From contig OZ037770.1 of NCBI GenBank assembly GCA_964035545.1, forward strand, positions 13,010,642 to 13,074,641: 64,000 nt of DNA, in the 5' to 3' direction. The position numbers and the translations under genes are program-made. Below the pieces are notes generated by a model. It made no database searches. It saw only the letters and a list, made by a program, of their open reading frames with translations, and was not told where the DNA came from. This document shows, piece by piece, positions 11,162 through 50,803 of this stretch. Origin of the DNA: Bugula neritina. Taxonomy: Eukaryota; Animalia; Bryozoa. How positions within the stretch are numbered: the first letter of the stretch is position 1; every line of letters starts with the position of its first letter.

Positions 11162-14100
11162 TTTCTACACAGTAGCCGATTTTAAATTGGCCAGATATCC
11201 TATTTACTTCCTTTTCAAATTATTCCTGTCGTTATAAAATGTAGGAAAACTCCTGACGACAAACTAGATTTAACTTATGAAATCTATAAACTATGATTAT
11301 CTTTTTTTAAGCCACAAATTTAAACTTTCATTTGTTTGAACAACATTTGTGATGGCAAAAATTCTTTTTGCGATTAAGCAATTTATGCTTATATAATACT
11401 TTGTGTACAAAAAGGTACTGATAAAAGTTAGCTTTCACCATAGGTACAAAACACACAAAATATGTCAAGATTTTATTTCAGATTATTTAAGAAGAAAATT
11501 TCAAACATTAAAAAAAGATTTTTTTTTTTCTGAAAACTTTTCACAATCCCATAAATGACATCATAACTTAAAGCCTACAATTTTTATTTTCAGTTTTGTG
11601 TCTGCTAATTTTTCATCCCTTCTTTTTGTATGTTTGTGTACATTTGATCTTTAAGTGAAACTCTTAGAGTATGCGCTTTGTTAGAAAGCTTCTATTTTTG
11701 TGTGAAGAGGTCGTAGTGATGCAATTCTGTAGATCAGACAACTTCAAATTTTTATCTAACAGTCTTGTTAAACAACAAAATTAAAAAAAATAGTCGACAA
11801 TGAAAGTAGGCAAGAATTCATGAGTGTGACATTTGAGATGGGGATGTGTGGGAAATCACAGCTAAATTGAATAATATGTCTACTATGTGAAGTTTTCTGC
11901 CTGTGAAATAAAAAAGTTTCACTTCAAAGGATATAACAAAGTCAAGCCAGGTAAATTCTTTATATTATTTGCATTTAACATTTGTTGATATAATGTTATA
12001 TAAGATAATATACGATGCTTTAGTGATATTATTACTAAAATGCAATAGAATAGCATAATACTACAATAAGATACCACAATAATATAATATAATATAATAA
12101 TACATAATGATATTTTAATGTAAAGCTCTAGAAAAACAAGTATTGAAATAATTTTTTAAATCACATAAATTTCAACTCTAAAATCAAAAAGTAAATGCAG
12201 TTTTCTAAAAATTGTTTGAATTTTTTATCATTTTAGAAAAAAAGTATATAGCAGGTCAACTGCATCAGTTTGCATTTTTTCCTATAAAAATGTTGACGCA
12301 ACTGAATTTTTTTTAATAAATTCTTTTCAGCTGCTTGAAGTTTGCATTAAAAATTGTAACCTTACTCAGTAATAACTACATTTAAAAAAGTCATTTAATT
12401 TCTTAGTTACAATATGAATTAACATTTTAAAATTCTCCCTCCAATTGCAACTGAACGTCTCAATGATTTTGCTTGTCACCAACACTCCATAATCCAGTCT
12501 ATTTATGATTTCAGAAGAGTGGAAACTGGCGACAACGGAAGATTAAAAATAGAAACCAGAGTCTATGTTTTGTTAATCCCTTTTCTAGACGGACCCCATT
12601 ATCCTGCAAATCCCATATTCATTGAAAACAAGCTAATCATTACAATAACTTTAGTATGACTGAAAAAGAATAATACTCTTTATTTCCTATTATTTTGTCT
12701 GCCAGATGTCACGGATAGATTAGTAACTTTTGGTAATCCTATTCAATGTTCTAATTTGACTTTAACTGTTACTAATTGAGCTAACATTATGTAATATAGC
12801 TCACAGCTGGAGCTAGTATTGATGCTACAGTAACCCTCATTACGTAACTTGTTTTAATAGTTTAATGGTCATGTTATACACATCCAATATATAAAAATAT
12901 ATTGGTTATAAATGAAAGAATTTATAAAAATTAAACTTATATTTTATTTATTTACCTTCTTATTAGGAGTTCTTACGCCAATTTGTTTACATTTACATTA
13001 AATTTTCTGTGCTTGATTTTTAAGCAACTAGGCTAAGATAAATCAAAATGTGCTAAAATTCTTCTGCCATCAAATATTTTTTGCAGTAAAATGATGGTGC
13101 ATATACTGCAGTAAATTCATTACTAATTATACAAATTTTTTAATTCATTTTCCAATGACATGACAAAGTCTTTTGGTTTAACTTGGAAGTTGTTTTACTT
13201 TCAGTAATCTGTTGAATACAAAACAGAGAGATGTACTTCACCAGCTTGAGATAAATAGCCCAAACTTTTAATTCAAGAGTATATCATTGTTTAATACCTC
13301 ATTAACAAGAGCGAGAGTTTAAGACCATCTTAATATTACTTCATGTCCGCATTAACTAAAATGTATTTAAAATATTGGCATGCAAAACATAACAAGAGTT
13401 ATCTGTTCTTTTATATTATGTATGGAAACTATATTATGGTTCACACAATCAATACTTTATTTAATTACCGAAATTTTATATGTTGTATGATTTGTGAAAT
13501 AAAAAGTCAACTATCTGCATGTAATCATATTCTTTAAGACGGTTTCCTGCAAACTCATTCTAGAATTTTCTCAATTCATTTTTCTTGAGAGGTGAATGAT
13601 ATGTATGTGTCTATTATGTTCTTGAGGAAGACTAAAGAAGTCATTGTCTTACAGATGAGGTTTTGATTGCTGGTAAATGATCGATCTCACATAAGTTTGT
13701 CTGCTTTCTAACGATGCAGACGTAAACAAATTTACTTATTCACGCTGCAGGTGTTGAGTTTAGCTGTTTCACAAGTTGTTACATAATTGAATTTGGCTTT
13801 TGTCATCAAGATTAATTTAATATCCCAGTGAATAAAAAATGAACTTCAATCTTCAAGTAGTTTTAATTATTCTTTGTTTATTAATTGCTCAGGTTTCTAT
13901 AAAGCTGTTTGCATGCTTTGGGGGCTAAATTTGTTTGAAGTCCTTTGTATAAATAGGCTTTATTTAGCTTTGTCAGTATCCATTCAAGTAAATTGTAATT
14001 TTACTGCAATTCTATATAACTCAAGAGATAATAATATTATAGTTGCCTTGGTATTTTCTCTTTTGACTGAACTGCTATAAATATCCAATTACTGACAAGA

Positions 14101-17100
14101 CAACAATAAGACTTGCTACAACTGTTCAAGACTGAAAACCACAGCCAGATAGACTAAAATAAAAACACAAGCATGGCATATAAAGTTGCATAATGATATT
14201 TCAAATAATTTGCATGGCATTTTTTTGTACTTTTAGTTAAAGTGTAAATTAACAATGAATAGTTGCATTGCTCTTGCTGGTGGACCTAGAATTCTGGGTT
14301 ACTACCAAAAACAGCCAGGGCATAGGAGTATATGAAGCAGTCAATATTTTAATATTATCCAACAACAGTATGAATACTGGAAGGTTTACATATACTTTTA
14401 CTAATTAGCAAACCAATAAATAAATAGTTTATTCAAAACAATTTGCTTTATCTAAAGCATGAATTAATTAGGCGTTGAACAAACATTGGTGTTGACCAGC
14501 GAGAGATAGGTGTGTGGTAAATTTCAGAGTGAAGTTTATCTCAAGGGTTGACAGATGTTGCGTATCTAACTCTCTCTTCTACTCTCTCTATTTACTTCAA
14601 CAAATATAATGTAATACTCTACTATCTGTGCTGTCTAACCAATGTTTGTTTGTAGTAGCAGGGAAACTCAAGCGGCTGGGTTTTGTAAAGTGTGGCCTGT
14701 TTATCTCTGGTGGTGAATTTTACGAAGCTAATTGCTTGACAGGGCAAAGCTGTTTTAGGAACTATTTTTAGTTTACTTGAGTTGAAAGCTTACATTATTT
14801 TGTTTTAATTTCTGTAAACCTGCTACAGTTTATATATCTAGTTAGTTTGAGTAGAGTCATTAGCCTAATAGTGCCCGTAAAATAAGCTTGTTTATATGTT
14901 TTCATTCTAAGGTTTCCTATATGACCATATACAATCAATGAAGTTGATATGCTTAGAACAGAATTTGTTAAACAAAAAAGTTTATTATAGTTTATAAAGA
15001 AAACTATACATGCCTTAGTTACAATAATTGTTAAACAAGTAAAGTCTTTTTCATACAGTTATTTTATTTCATTGCTAAAAGTTTGTTTTATCTTACGTAG
15101 TATTTGAAAATAATCATCAACGTAACATAACGATTTTAAACTAAAGCTCCAATGGCTGGAATATGGGTATCCTTAAAAAATGCAGTATCCCGTTGGCTCA
15201 AAACTACACGCAAGCTTTGATAACATGGCTATTATTAGGCTAGTGAATTAAGTTGCTTTGTTTACAGTAACTACACCTTTTACTTTGTATTCTGCATATC
15301 TGTTTCATACAAACAAATATTCTTATCTTTTGAGGAAAAGTTTTATCAACAAAAAGTGAGAGTTTCACTTCACAGGTTACTTAACACGTTCCTTATCTAC
15401 AAATGCTCTAACAAAGCTACAGGTACTCTGCGCTAGTACATTTCTAAAAGTAACACCTCAAGGTAAAACTAGCTTATCATTAATGGTAGAGTTTTTAAAA
15501 CAATTAAATTATTTTGAAACTTCAGAGAAGAAATTAGGCCAAAAAAATCTGTTTTCTATGAAATTAGAATTTATAGCTGAAACTTCCAGAACTGCTGGTT
15601 AAAGTGTGCAGCGGTAAAGCAATTTTATATGCCACTGTCAGCTTTTTGCTAAGGTTTCATTGCTCTTAATTTGATCTCTTTTTATAAAGTCGAGGGTAGC
15701 TTTATTTAGATAAATATAGTTAAATTATTGACCTACATTACTCTTGAAGTTGTATAAGAGTGGTGGTGCCTAACAACCACATTATTAGATAAAAAGTTGT
15801 AATTTGAGTCACGTAATGTTATGTTAGTTGAATCTTTCATTTCCTCACTTTTTTTCTGGAAGCAGCAAACTTTAAATACTTTTATGCAATAGTCATCAGC
15901 TATTTATTTGATTTCTACATTACTTTTAAGATACACTAGTTGCCCGAAAATTAGAAAGTACTCTTGGTAAATGCAGGGATAAACACAGCCAGCAAACTTC
16001 ACCAAAGCTGCATTGTCATTCAAAACTTAGCTTGTTGAATTTCAATTTTATGACTTTTGAATAAAATTTAATAAAATCTATATTCTTAGTTTACCAATAT
16101 TTTTTTATATAGAATGTATTTTTTATTATTCTTTACAGTTTGAAAAGGTGCCTGTCAATTGGTTTGTTGTGACTTTTATATTCTTTTCAAATGATTGCTC
16201 AAGCCGGTGATTCTAATTGGTCTCTCATATCAGCTTCTAGTCACTGCGTGTTGACAATGTTTACTGTTTATAGAGCATTAAAGGTGGTCCAATTCAATGT
16301 TTATGATTGTCATTTCCTTAGTCGTATCACATGCTTTTGGGGCGTTGAAGAATAAGCAGCAAATTATCTGGTAGCATTGAGAGTAAAGACTAACTTTTTA
16401 GTTTCTTGCTAAGGTAAGAATTACGCTTCAGAAACAAATTAAAAATGCACAAATTTAATATATTTGCTTAAAAGTATGCAAATGTATATACAACGCAACT
16501 TAATTTGCAACTCAGATATTTTGTAACAGAACCAAGTTGATTATTTTCATGCTTAAAATTTTTCAATGAAAAAGTACATTCAAATTATATGATATCAAAA
16601 TAAAAAGCAAGTTAAAACCTTTATATGTTTGTAACAGATTTTACATAAACTTTACAGTTTTGAAATATGATCATAAAGTATTGATGTATTTTCCAAATAT
16701 TTTCAGACCAAATTTTCAATTTTTATTGAAATAATGATTTTTTTGGATTGTTTAGGTAAAATACATTTTATGTTGATATAAAAATTTTATACACTTTCAT
16801 AGCTCATACATAATTTAAAAGTGTTTTCTATTGAAAATTTTTAAATGTAACTGCATTTTTTCTTTTAATTCTTTTTTGTCTCTTTACTTTTTTGCTATCT
16901 TAAAAGTAACAAAAGATTTAGAATAGTAGTTTGTAAAAAATGTATTTTTCAAAAAGAATATTGCATCATTTTACTAAAACTAATGTATACGCATCATTTT
17001 AAAATAATAGTATCTTTTACATTCAATTAATATTTTAAGATAGAATATAAATCATTTTTTTTACTTAAATAAGTTTCTAGAAATCAATTTAAAAAAGTGG

Positions 17101-19974
17101 TATTGAAGTTGCAATATTCTTATATTTAAGATTACGTTTTAGAAAAAGTGCCAAGTGTTGTAAAGCTATAACTTTTCAATCCTTATCTAAACCTTGAGGT
17201 AATGGTTAAGCATGTTTAAAGCTATCTTGGTATATGTCTGTAATATACATTAAAATCTCAGCCTATTTAATGTTGCTTATGGGATGTAGTTTATTTAATG
17301 AGTAATTAATCTAAATTTTCATATAATTTAGGTTTTTAATTGCTTGGCTCTAAAAACTTTTATTATTTAAAAGCTTTTCAGCAACAATTAGGAAACAAGT
17401 AAATAATATAACTACAAGTTATTTATAGGCTGCAAGCCTGCAACTACATAGAATTAAAGTATAGCTTCTATAGCTTGCATAAACAGTGACACTTTTAGTA
17501 TCACTGTTCAGTTTTTGACATATGCATTAAATAACACAAATACCGATACGTAAAACTCAGTTCTCATTTTTACAATTTTTAACATAAATGTTGGTTGATT
17601 AATGGTGCAAGACAAACATTATAGGCATATTTTGAAAGTAAAACAAATTTTATAAATCAAGCCCGACATACCAAATGAAAAGCGTGTTTTTCTGTAAATA
17701 ATCAAGTTCACTTATTTTCTTTTGTATATAGTATTTATATGTAGGGCATGTGAATTAGACATGAAGCCTGTTGAAGATTATAAGTGCAATAACTGAGAAA
17801 TTAAGAAAAACCTGCGTTCCAGATTTGAAATGTAGCAAAAGAAGTTAGGTTGTTTCTTAAGCCCCAAGTCAAAGCTTAAGAAGAAAATTAAAGAGCTGGG
17901 GCTAATAAATTTTCTCCACTAGGGCACCTAAATGTTGTTGATGATGTGTCTAATTATATTTGTGGGCTAAATAACAACCCTGTGCATAATATTCCATATA
18001 GATACTTGTATTGAGAAAGAACAATAGTAAACACCCATAAATTCAACCAGTGTAAATGTCAACTGTAAGCAAGTGACTGCTGGTGTTTGTGATGCCCAGA
18101 ATCTTTTGTAAATAGCAATATATTCAGCGTGTTTATCATTCACACCTATTCATTAATTACAGGAAACAATAAGACAGTAAATTCAAACACATTACTGGCC
18201 ATTAGTTTCCCTGTGGATATTGCGCAATAAAGAATATGTCTCATTACTAGCAGAAAGTACATGTAGAAATCACTTAGATTTGTCAAGTAGAGTGTCAAGT
18301 TGTATCTATTGATACAGAGCTCTTAATTTTAAGCACTAGCTAATTTTAATATTGTTAAATTAAATTTGCCAAAGTTTAAAGTATTCTATTAATAAAGCTG
18401 TATGGGGCAACTCCGTATTAAGTATATTATTATTATACTAGTCCTTTATTAGTCCCACAAACTGCATGCTGTATTAAATAATATATGCAAACTAAATACT
18501 TTATGAATCTATAAACAGTAAATTACACATTAATCTGTAAATGCTAAATATCATACTAATTTGTAAAAGAGAAATAATATATTAACCTATACATAGTATA
18601 TGGTAAAAAATATATAAAACTAAATGTTATACAAATCTAGGAACAGCTAGTGATATGAAAATATTGTATGAAAATGATTGGTTAAATAATATACAAAAAT
18701 TAAATGGTATATACGAATCTATGAACAGCCAATTATATGAAATATATAAGCAGGAAATTATATAATAATATATTGTAAACAGTGAGTTATACATATAATA
18801 ATAAGTAAACGGTAGTTATGCACTACTGAGCGTATAAATCTAAATGGGACTATAAAAGTCCTGCAGCGAATATGTCTGAGATACTGTGCAACCTTTTAAG
18901 TTCCCAATTTTTTGATGCTATTTCAGCTGACCATTTGAAAGCTGCTTTTTAGCTTATTGTAAGTAATAACTTGAGTCCATAAGGAAAGTAGTATGGGGAA
19001 CAAGGAAGCACCCGGTGTGTAATAGCTGCAGTTAACACTTTATCTTATCAGTGTTTTATATATTCTTGATTTTAAGATACGAGAAAGTAGAAATATGATA
19101 TTTACTTTTACTATGGAGTGCAAAGTTGATTGAATTTAAAGGAAGTTTTGATATGCATTGGTGAAAGTTTGTAGCTTTGTAAATTTGTCAAGGTCATGTA
19201 TTCAGAGGTCTGATCTGAATCTATTATGTAATAGCAAACCAGCTAAGGGCCTAAGTTCTCAACTTTTCAGCTTCTATAGGGGCTTACCTTCCCCTTCCAA
19301 ATTAGTATTAATATCATGCTAATTCTTGTAAATTTTTTAGCCTTTCCAAAAGCTCAAAACTAAACTTATAAGCGAAGCAATTAATTGGATTTGAGGGTTT
19401 GTCTACGAATTAAAATAACTTCTCCCAGCATGTCACCAGTTTCACTAGGTTTAGTGAAATGTGAGGCAGATTATTTAACTCTTTTGCTGGAGGCAAGAAA
19501 TGATTAAAATGGCTCCTGATTGAGACAGAATTAAGCTTGTTTAGTAAATGCAAAGTCACTCTAATTTTTACACCTTCAAATGTCATTACATACCTTTCCT
19601 GAATTGAGTGAATGTTAATTACAAGATATATTTTTTAAATGCAATTAATTTTGACATTTTGGTTATTATCTCTGCGTGATTTAGTACTACAAGCCTATTA
19701 GGTAACTCAGCTCGAAGGCCTGTTGACACTGCACTTTCTGGATTAAATTTCTCCTTACAAATGACATTTCAAGCAGTAATTATAGCCACAAAACCCTATC
19801 TTTGTTAAGGCAATACAACTCAAGACTTTGTTTATTTAATTAAAAAATGACATCAAATACAGCAGATAATGTTGTACGTTGTTGCATAACACCTGCTTAA
19901 GGTTGTGATGTCTTATTTGTATTGCCTATTCCCATATTAAGAGTATCACACTGCCTTTGTAGCTTACACATCAC

Positions 19975-20142
19975 TATCCACTGCTGATCACCTTTACCCA
20001 CCCATACACACCCCTGCTCATCTCTATCCACCCCTGCTCACCAAAATTCACCTCTAACCACCCCTGTTCACCTCAGTCTATACTTCTGTCCACCCCTGTC
20101 ATTCCTATCCACTCCTGCTAACAATCTCCACCACTCACTCCT
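19975..20142. repeat. Degenerate C-rich ~10-bp tandem repeat (CACCCCTGYT-like)
   Basis: Repeated cacccctgct/cacccctgtt/cactcctgct units. Confidence 0.7.
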
Positions 20143-20772
20143 CAGCCGTTTAGCTAGAGATATTATTTGTTGAAAAGTAATAATGTTCTTTGAGGTTCAC
20201 TTCTTTCCTTATATAATCAAACAGTTCTATTGGCAGAGAATTGGCATTGTCCTTGTTCATGTACAAAGCCACTATTACAGTATAAGAGCATTAATATAGT
20301 TATATCTGTACATAGTCACCATATACTACATTGCAAGTATGTACATTGATAGTTGTCAGTTCCCACAAACAAATTTTGACAAGTTATTGATTTTGCATGT
20401 CACAAAACAATGGCTCCCATCAAAGAAGTCACTGGTCGCAACGTTTTATCTATAACAATTTTTCCTTGTATCTGGTTGTCACAATAGAACTTTATTGATT
20501 AAATATTAAAATTAAGATAGAACAATGGGTGTTGAGTGTGATTTAGCCAAACATTTGAACAGTTTAGCTGTGAATATATCCTGAAAGTTCATTGAAAGTT
20601 TAATGGAATTATAAGAGATTGATATTCCTGTTGCTGCCATTGGTTGCTGTCAGGGCATTGCAACTGTTGCTTTTAACTGTATTTATAAAACTGATAAGTT
20701 TTAGTCATCTATAAACCTTTTATTGATTGGTAAAATTTTACTGGCAAATCGGTAACAATTTCTAAAAAAAGA

Positions 20773-20954
20773 TCACACAAGTTTATAGTCACTATCCTTG
20801 TGAGAACCCCTGACAGAGAGGGTTTTTTAAAGTGGACTAAAGACTTATTTAAATGAGGCACAGTAGCAATTATGACTGGATGCTCTTACTAACATCACCA
20901 ATGGTTTTCACTTTACTAAGCCAGTGCTCTGACCCCTAGACCACGGCTGCTCCC
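20773..20954 (-). mobile_element. tRNA-derived SINE (copy 4), internal deletion removing B box
   Basis: Same head (ctagaccacggctgctccc on +) and body as copy 2; B-box segment absent. Confidence 0.85.
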
Positions 20955-22927
20955 TAGCGTAGTAATTTCTGATAATTAGTAATAATAATAGTAATAAGTT
21001 TCTAGAAAACCTAAAATATTTATATTGAATTTGTAAAAGATCATGCCTATATCCTGTTTTATATTACACTGACTACTATTTTGTCAACTTTTCTACAATG
21101 ATGTCTATTCTTTTTAAACTTCGTAATTGAGGCAGTTTGAGTTTTTAATGTAAAGACAACTAAACTAATTTGGTTTGCTTTATCAGCGCATGAAATGCTG
21201 CTTCTAAAGCATACAGTTAGTTCAATGAGATCTTCCATCAACCCTAATTTCCTCCTCCATGATTCTTTCAATGGCACTCAACGGGCAGTAAAATTTTCTG
21301 AAATTTTCATTTACAACTCATAAAGTGGCTAAGTACCATTGAGCACCCCATAAATTCTTTTTAAACTAATTTTAATCAACCTCAGTAGATTGCACAAGTA
21401 TCATATACGCCTATCACTTAACTTTCTGCTCTTTTAACCTTATCAGTTTTATTCAAGTTGTTGGTATCAGAGCTGATAATTCAATGTATTGGAGGTACTC
21501 TTTTTTCTCTTTTATATCGAAATAGATAAGGGTTTACAACACTTGAGCAATCTAATTTACTCTGCAATTTGACCACTCTTTGACAATTATTAGCATCAAC
21601 TCTAACTTTTACCTGTTAGCAGTAGTCAAAGCCTGGAGTAAATGGTGGAAGTACAGCATCGCCTTTGTACCTATCCCCTAACTTATTACGCTGCCTGTTT
21701 GAGAATAAGGAACTAAAACCTACATTTTATATTTGACATGACTATTCATTTTTTCGTCCCAATTTTTGCTGATTAGGCATGTCTGCAGCACCAAACCTGA
21801 AAGAGAATTAAAAATAAGCATACAAGTAATCGAAAGTAATAGTCTTGGGTCTAGACTCTATAGTCTGTAGTAGCTCCTAACAATTGCTGAGAGTGAGTCA
21901 TGGCCTGGCTTGTATCTTAGTACGTCTGCACTCAGTTATACGACTCAGCCAATCAACAGCAGACTAAGTCTTCCATCTCGCAGAAAGTGAAGCTTTCAAC
22001 AGCCTGACATGTGTGAAACCAGTCAGACTGTTTTATTGCCATTCATTGCCTGTAGAAATGTTTTGTGTACACTTGTCAAATTGCTGACTTTCTTTGCTTG
22101 TATGGTATCCACCTGGTATGTGAGTTACGTAATATTTGACCTCCCACTGTTGATTTGTTGAGGTTAAGAAAATGCTGCTGTTGTTGTTGGCTCAGTGAAT
22201 TATCACCAATCCATGATGCCGGTAACAGCCAGTGTTGACAGTCTTCGGCAGCAGCACTTTTCTACAACATTCCAATGATGTCTGACGTTGGATATTATTG
22301 CATAAAGTGTGCCAGAATTCTTTCTGTGTAGAGGCATTGCAAGGAGAGCCTAATAACAATAATAATCAATTTTGTAGTAAAAACACTCTCATTTGTCAGT
22401 AATTGTGTACAAGACAAAGGTGCATCCTGTATCTGGAACTTTGTCCCTGCCAGCTTGTAATGCCTGTAGAACTTAATGGCTTTTTTAGTGTTATGTAACA
22501 TTCCAACGATGCATATAGATATTTAAGGCACTGGATAAATACACTGGTTGTTTAGTCAGCAACAATATGGCATTCATTAGATTTAACCAGCAACAGTTTT
22601 GGGTGTGTTTTGGGAAAATATAACTCACCTTTCTTCTTTTGCCAAAAGTGCTTGTGGCAATTTTAACACGTTTTTCTCATTCAGCTTCGCCTTATATGCA
22701 AGTCAATTTCATTGCGCCGCCTGATGGCTTGAATTTGCGCACTTTTACATGTTAGCAAATAATAGCAGCAGGTATATGACAAGTCTGATTTTCACTAAAT
22801 GTTTGGCAAGTTTGAGAAGTAGTTTTCAATGCTCTTTTTTATGTGTTTTACTGCACCTGCAGCTATGTGTAATACTGCCTAGTTGTACTGTTACGTAATA
22901 ATGCAAACAATGATACTCATTTGTTAG

Positions 22928-49494
<26,567 letters not shown>

Positions 49495-50077
49495 CAGCCA
49501 ACTGTCGTCTGCCAATGATATTATGATAAACAATCAGCAGAATCAGAGGGGTGACTCTTCTAGTCATTGATAGTCCCAATTTTTTAGTCTTATTTATGTT
49601 ATTTTACGGTTTCCTTCATGTACTCGTCATTATTTCTATCGCACTATGAAGTCACTACTTTTGAATAATTTGAATTCCACTCTTGTTGGTCAATTATCAA
49701 TTAAAAAAATTGGTAGAGCTTTTACTATAATAATATTTTTGATTGTCAATGTGATCAGATGTTATATAACTTCAATTTCTTTGTAAATATATTTGGTGCC
49801 GGTTCTTTCTTGTCTACTACATATAGATACTTCCTCATACTCTATTGTCAATTTTTATTCCTGTACACTAAAATCTTGGTCATGCTAGAGAGGAAACCAA
49901 TGTTAGTAATAATACTTACCAATCTGATATTATAGCTGTACAGATTCCTGTGTTACACTATTTATAAATCTATTGTTATTGTGTACCTTTCTATAACTTC
50001 ACTTAATTATCATTATTATCTGAATACTCACAAGTTATAATGGTTCTTTCATTTTCTGTTTCTGTCAACACAGCTTG

Positions 50078-50087
50078 AATAAATAAA
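50078..50087 (+). terminator. Probable PRDM1 polyadenylation signal (AATAAA)
   Basis: aataataaataaa ~590 nt after the stop codon, followed by T/GT-rich sequence. Confidence 0.55.
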
Positions 50088-50640
50088 TCTTGTGGAAAAT
50101 CTTATATAACCTGGTTTTTTTTCTTTGCCAGAAATCTTGGAGGTCAGGTGAAACTTTACTACTAGAAGCGCTTTTTCAAAGATTTGCTTTACTGAATAGT
50201 TTCTGGAAGGTTAGAATGAGTCATAAAGTTGACCTTCAATCAAAATTGACTTTAATACTTGCTTCTTTAAGGGCATCTTTTGATAGATTGATTGCCTGCA
50301 TGGCGTTACTATAAACACAGTTTTGTCTCAATCCATTAGCAATATCTGCACTAAAATTCAATATAACACCAGGAGAAGACAACCAAGAAAACAGAGTGCA
50401 AAATAGTGATGGTGAAAAATTATTTTATTTACAAAATGCAAATAGAGTTTCTCACATCATTCACTACTTACAGTGGAATATACAAGAAGAAAAAGAAGAA
50501 CTGTACATGAATTATATAAGAATCACTAAAATTTTGAGCCTTAGAAAATTACATTTCATCATTCCGATCAGTAAATACTCAAGGCTGCACAATATTTGAT
50601 AGACAATAACAAAAAACGAAGATGCGGGCCAGGGAGACAG

Positions 50641-50803
50641 CTAAACATCGCCAACAGCTATTGGTTGCTGATCACCAAGCCACCTAGAGCTCTCCAGCGC
50701 TTCATAGACCTCTCCGCTCATGCTCACAAAGTCCCGGTTGATTTCAGTAGTTTCGTCGACTAGTACAGGTTCACAGGCAGCTTCCTGGTCATCATATTCT
50801 TCA
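50641..50803 (-). CDS. TRNAU1AP: TRNAU1AP terminal exon
   Basis: cctacag|T EEYDDQE...VYEALESSRW...DV*. Confidence 0.88.

Noticed and set aside
21640-21810. Antisense exon upstream of PRDM1 (acceptor ctctttcag on minus at ~21797)
   Set aside because: No sustained reading frame or partner exon; cannot be supported without transcripts.
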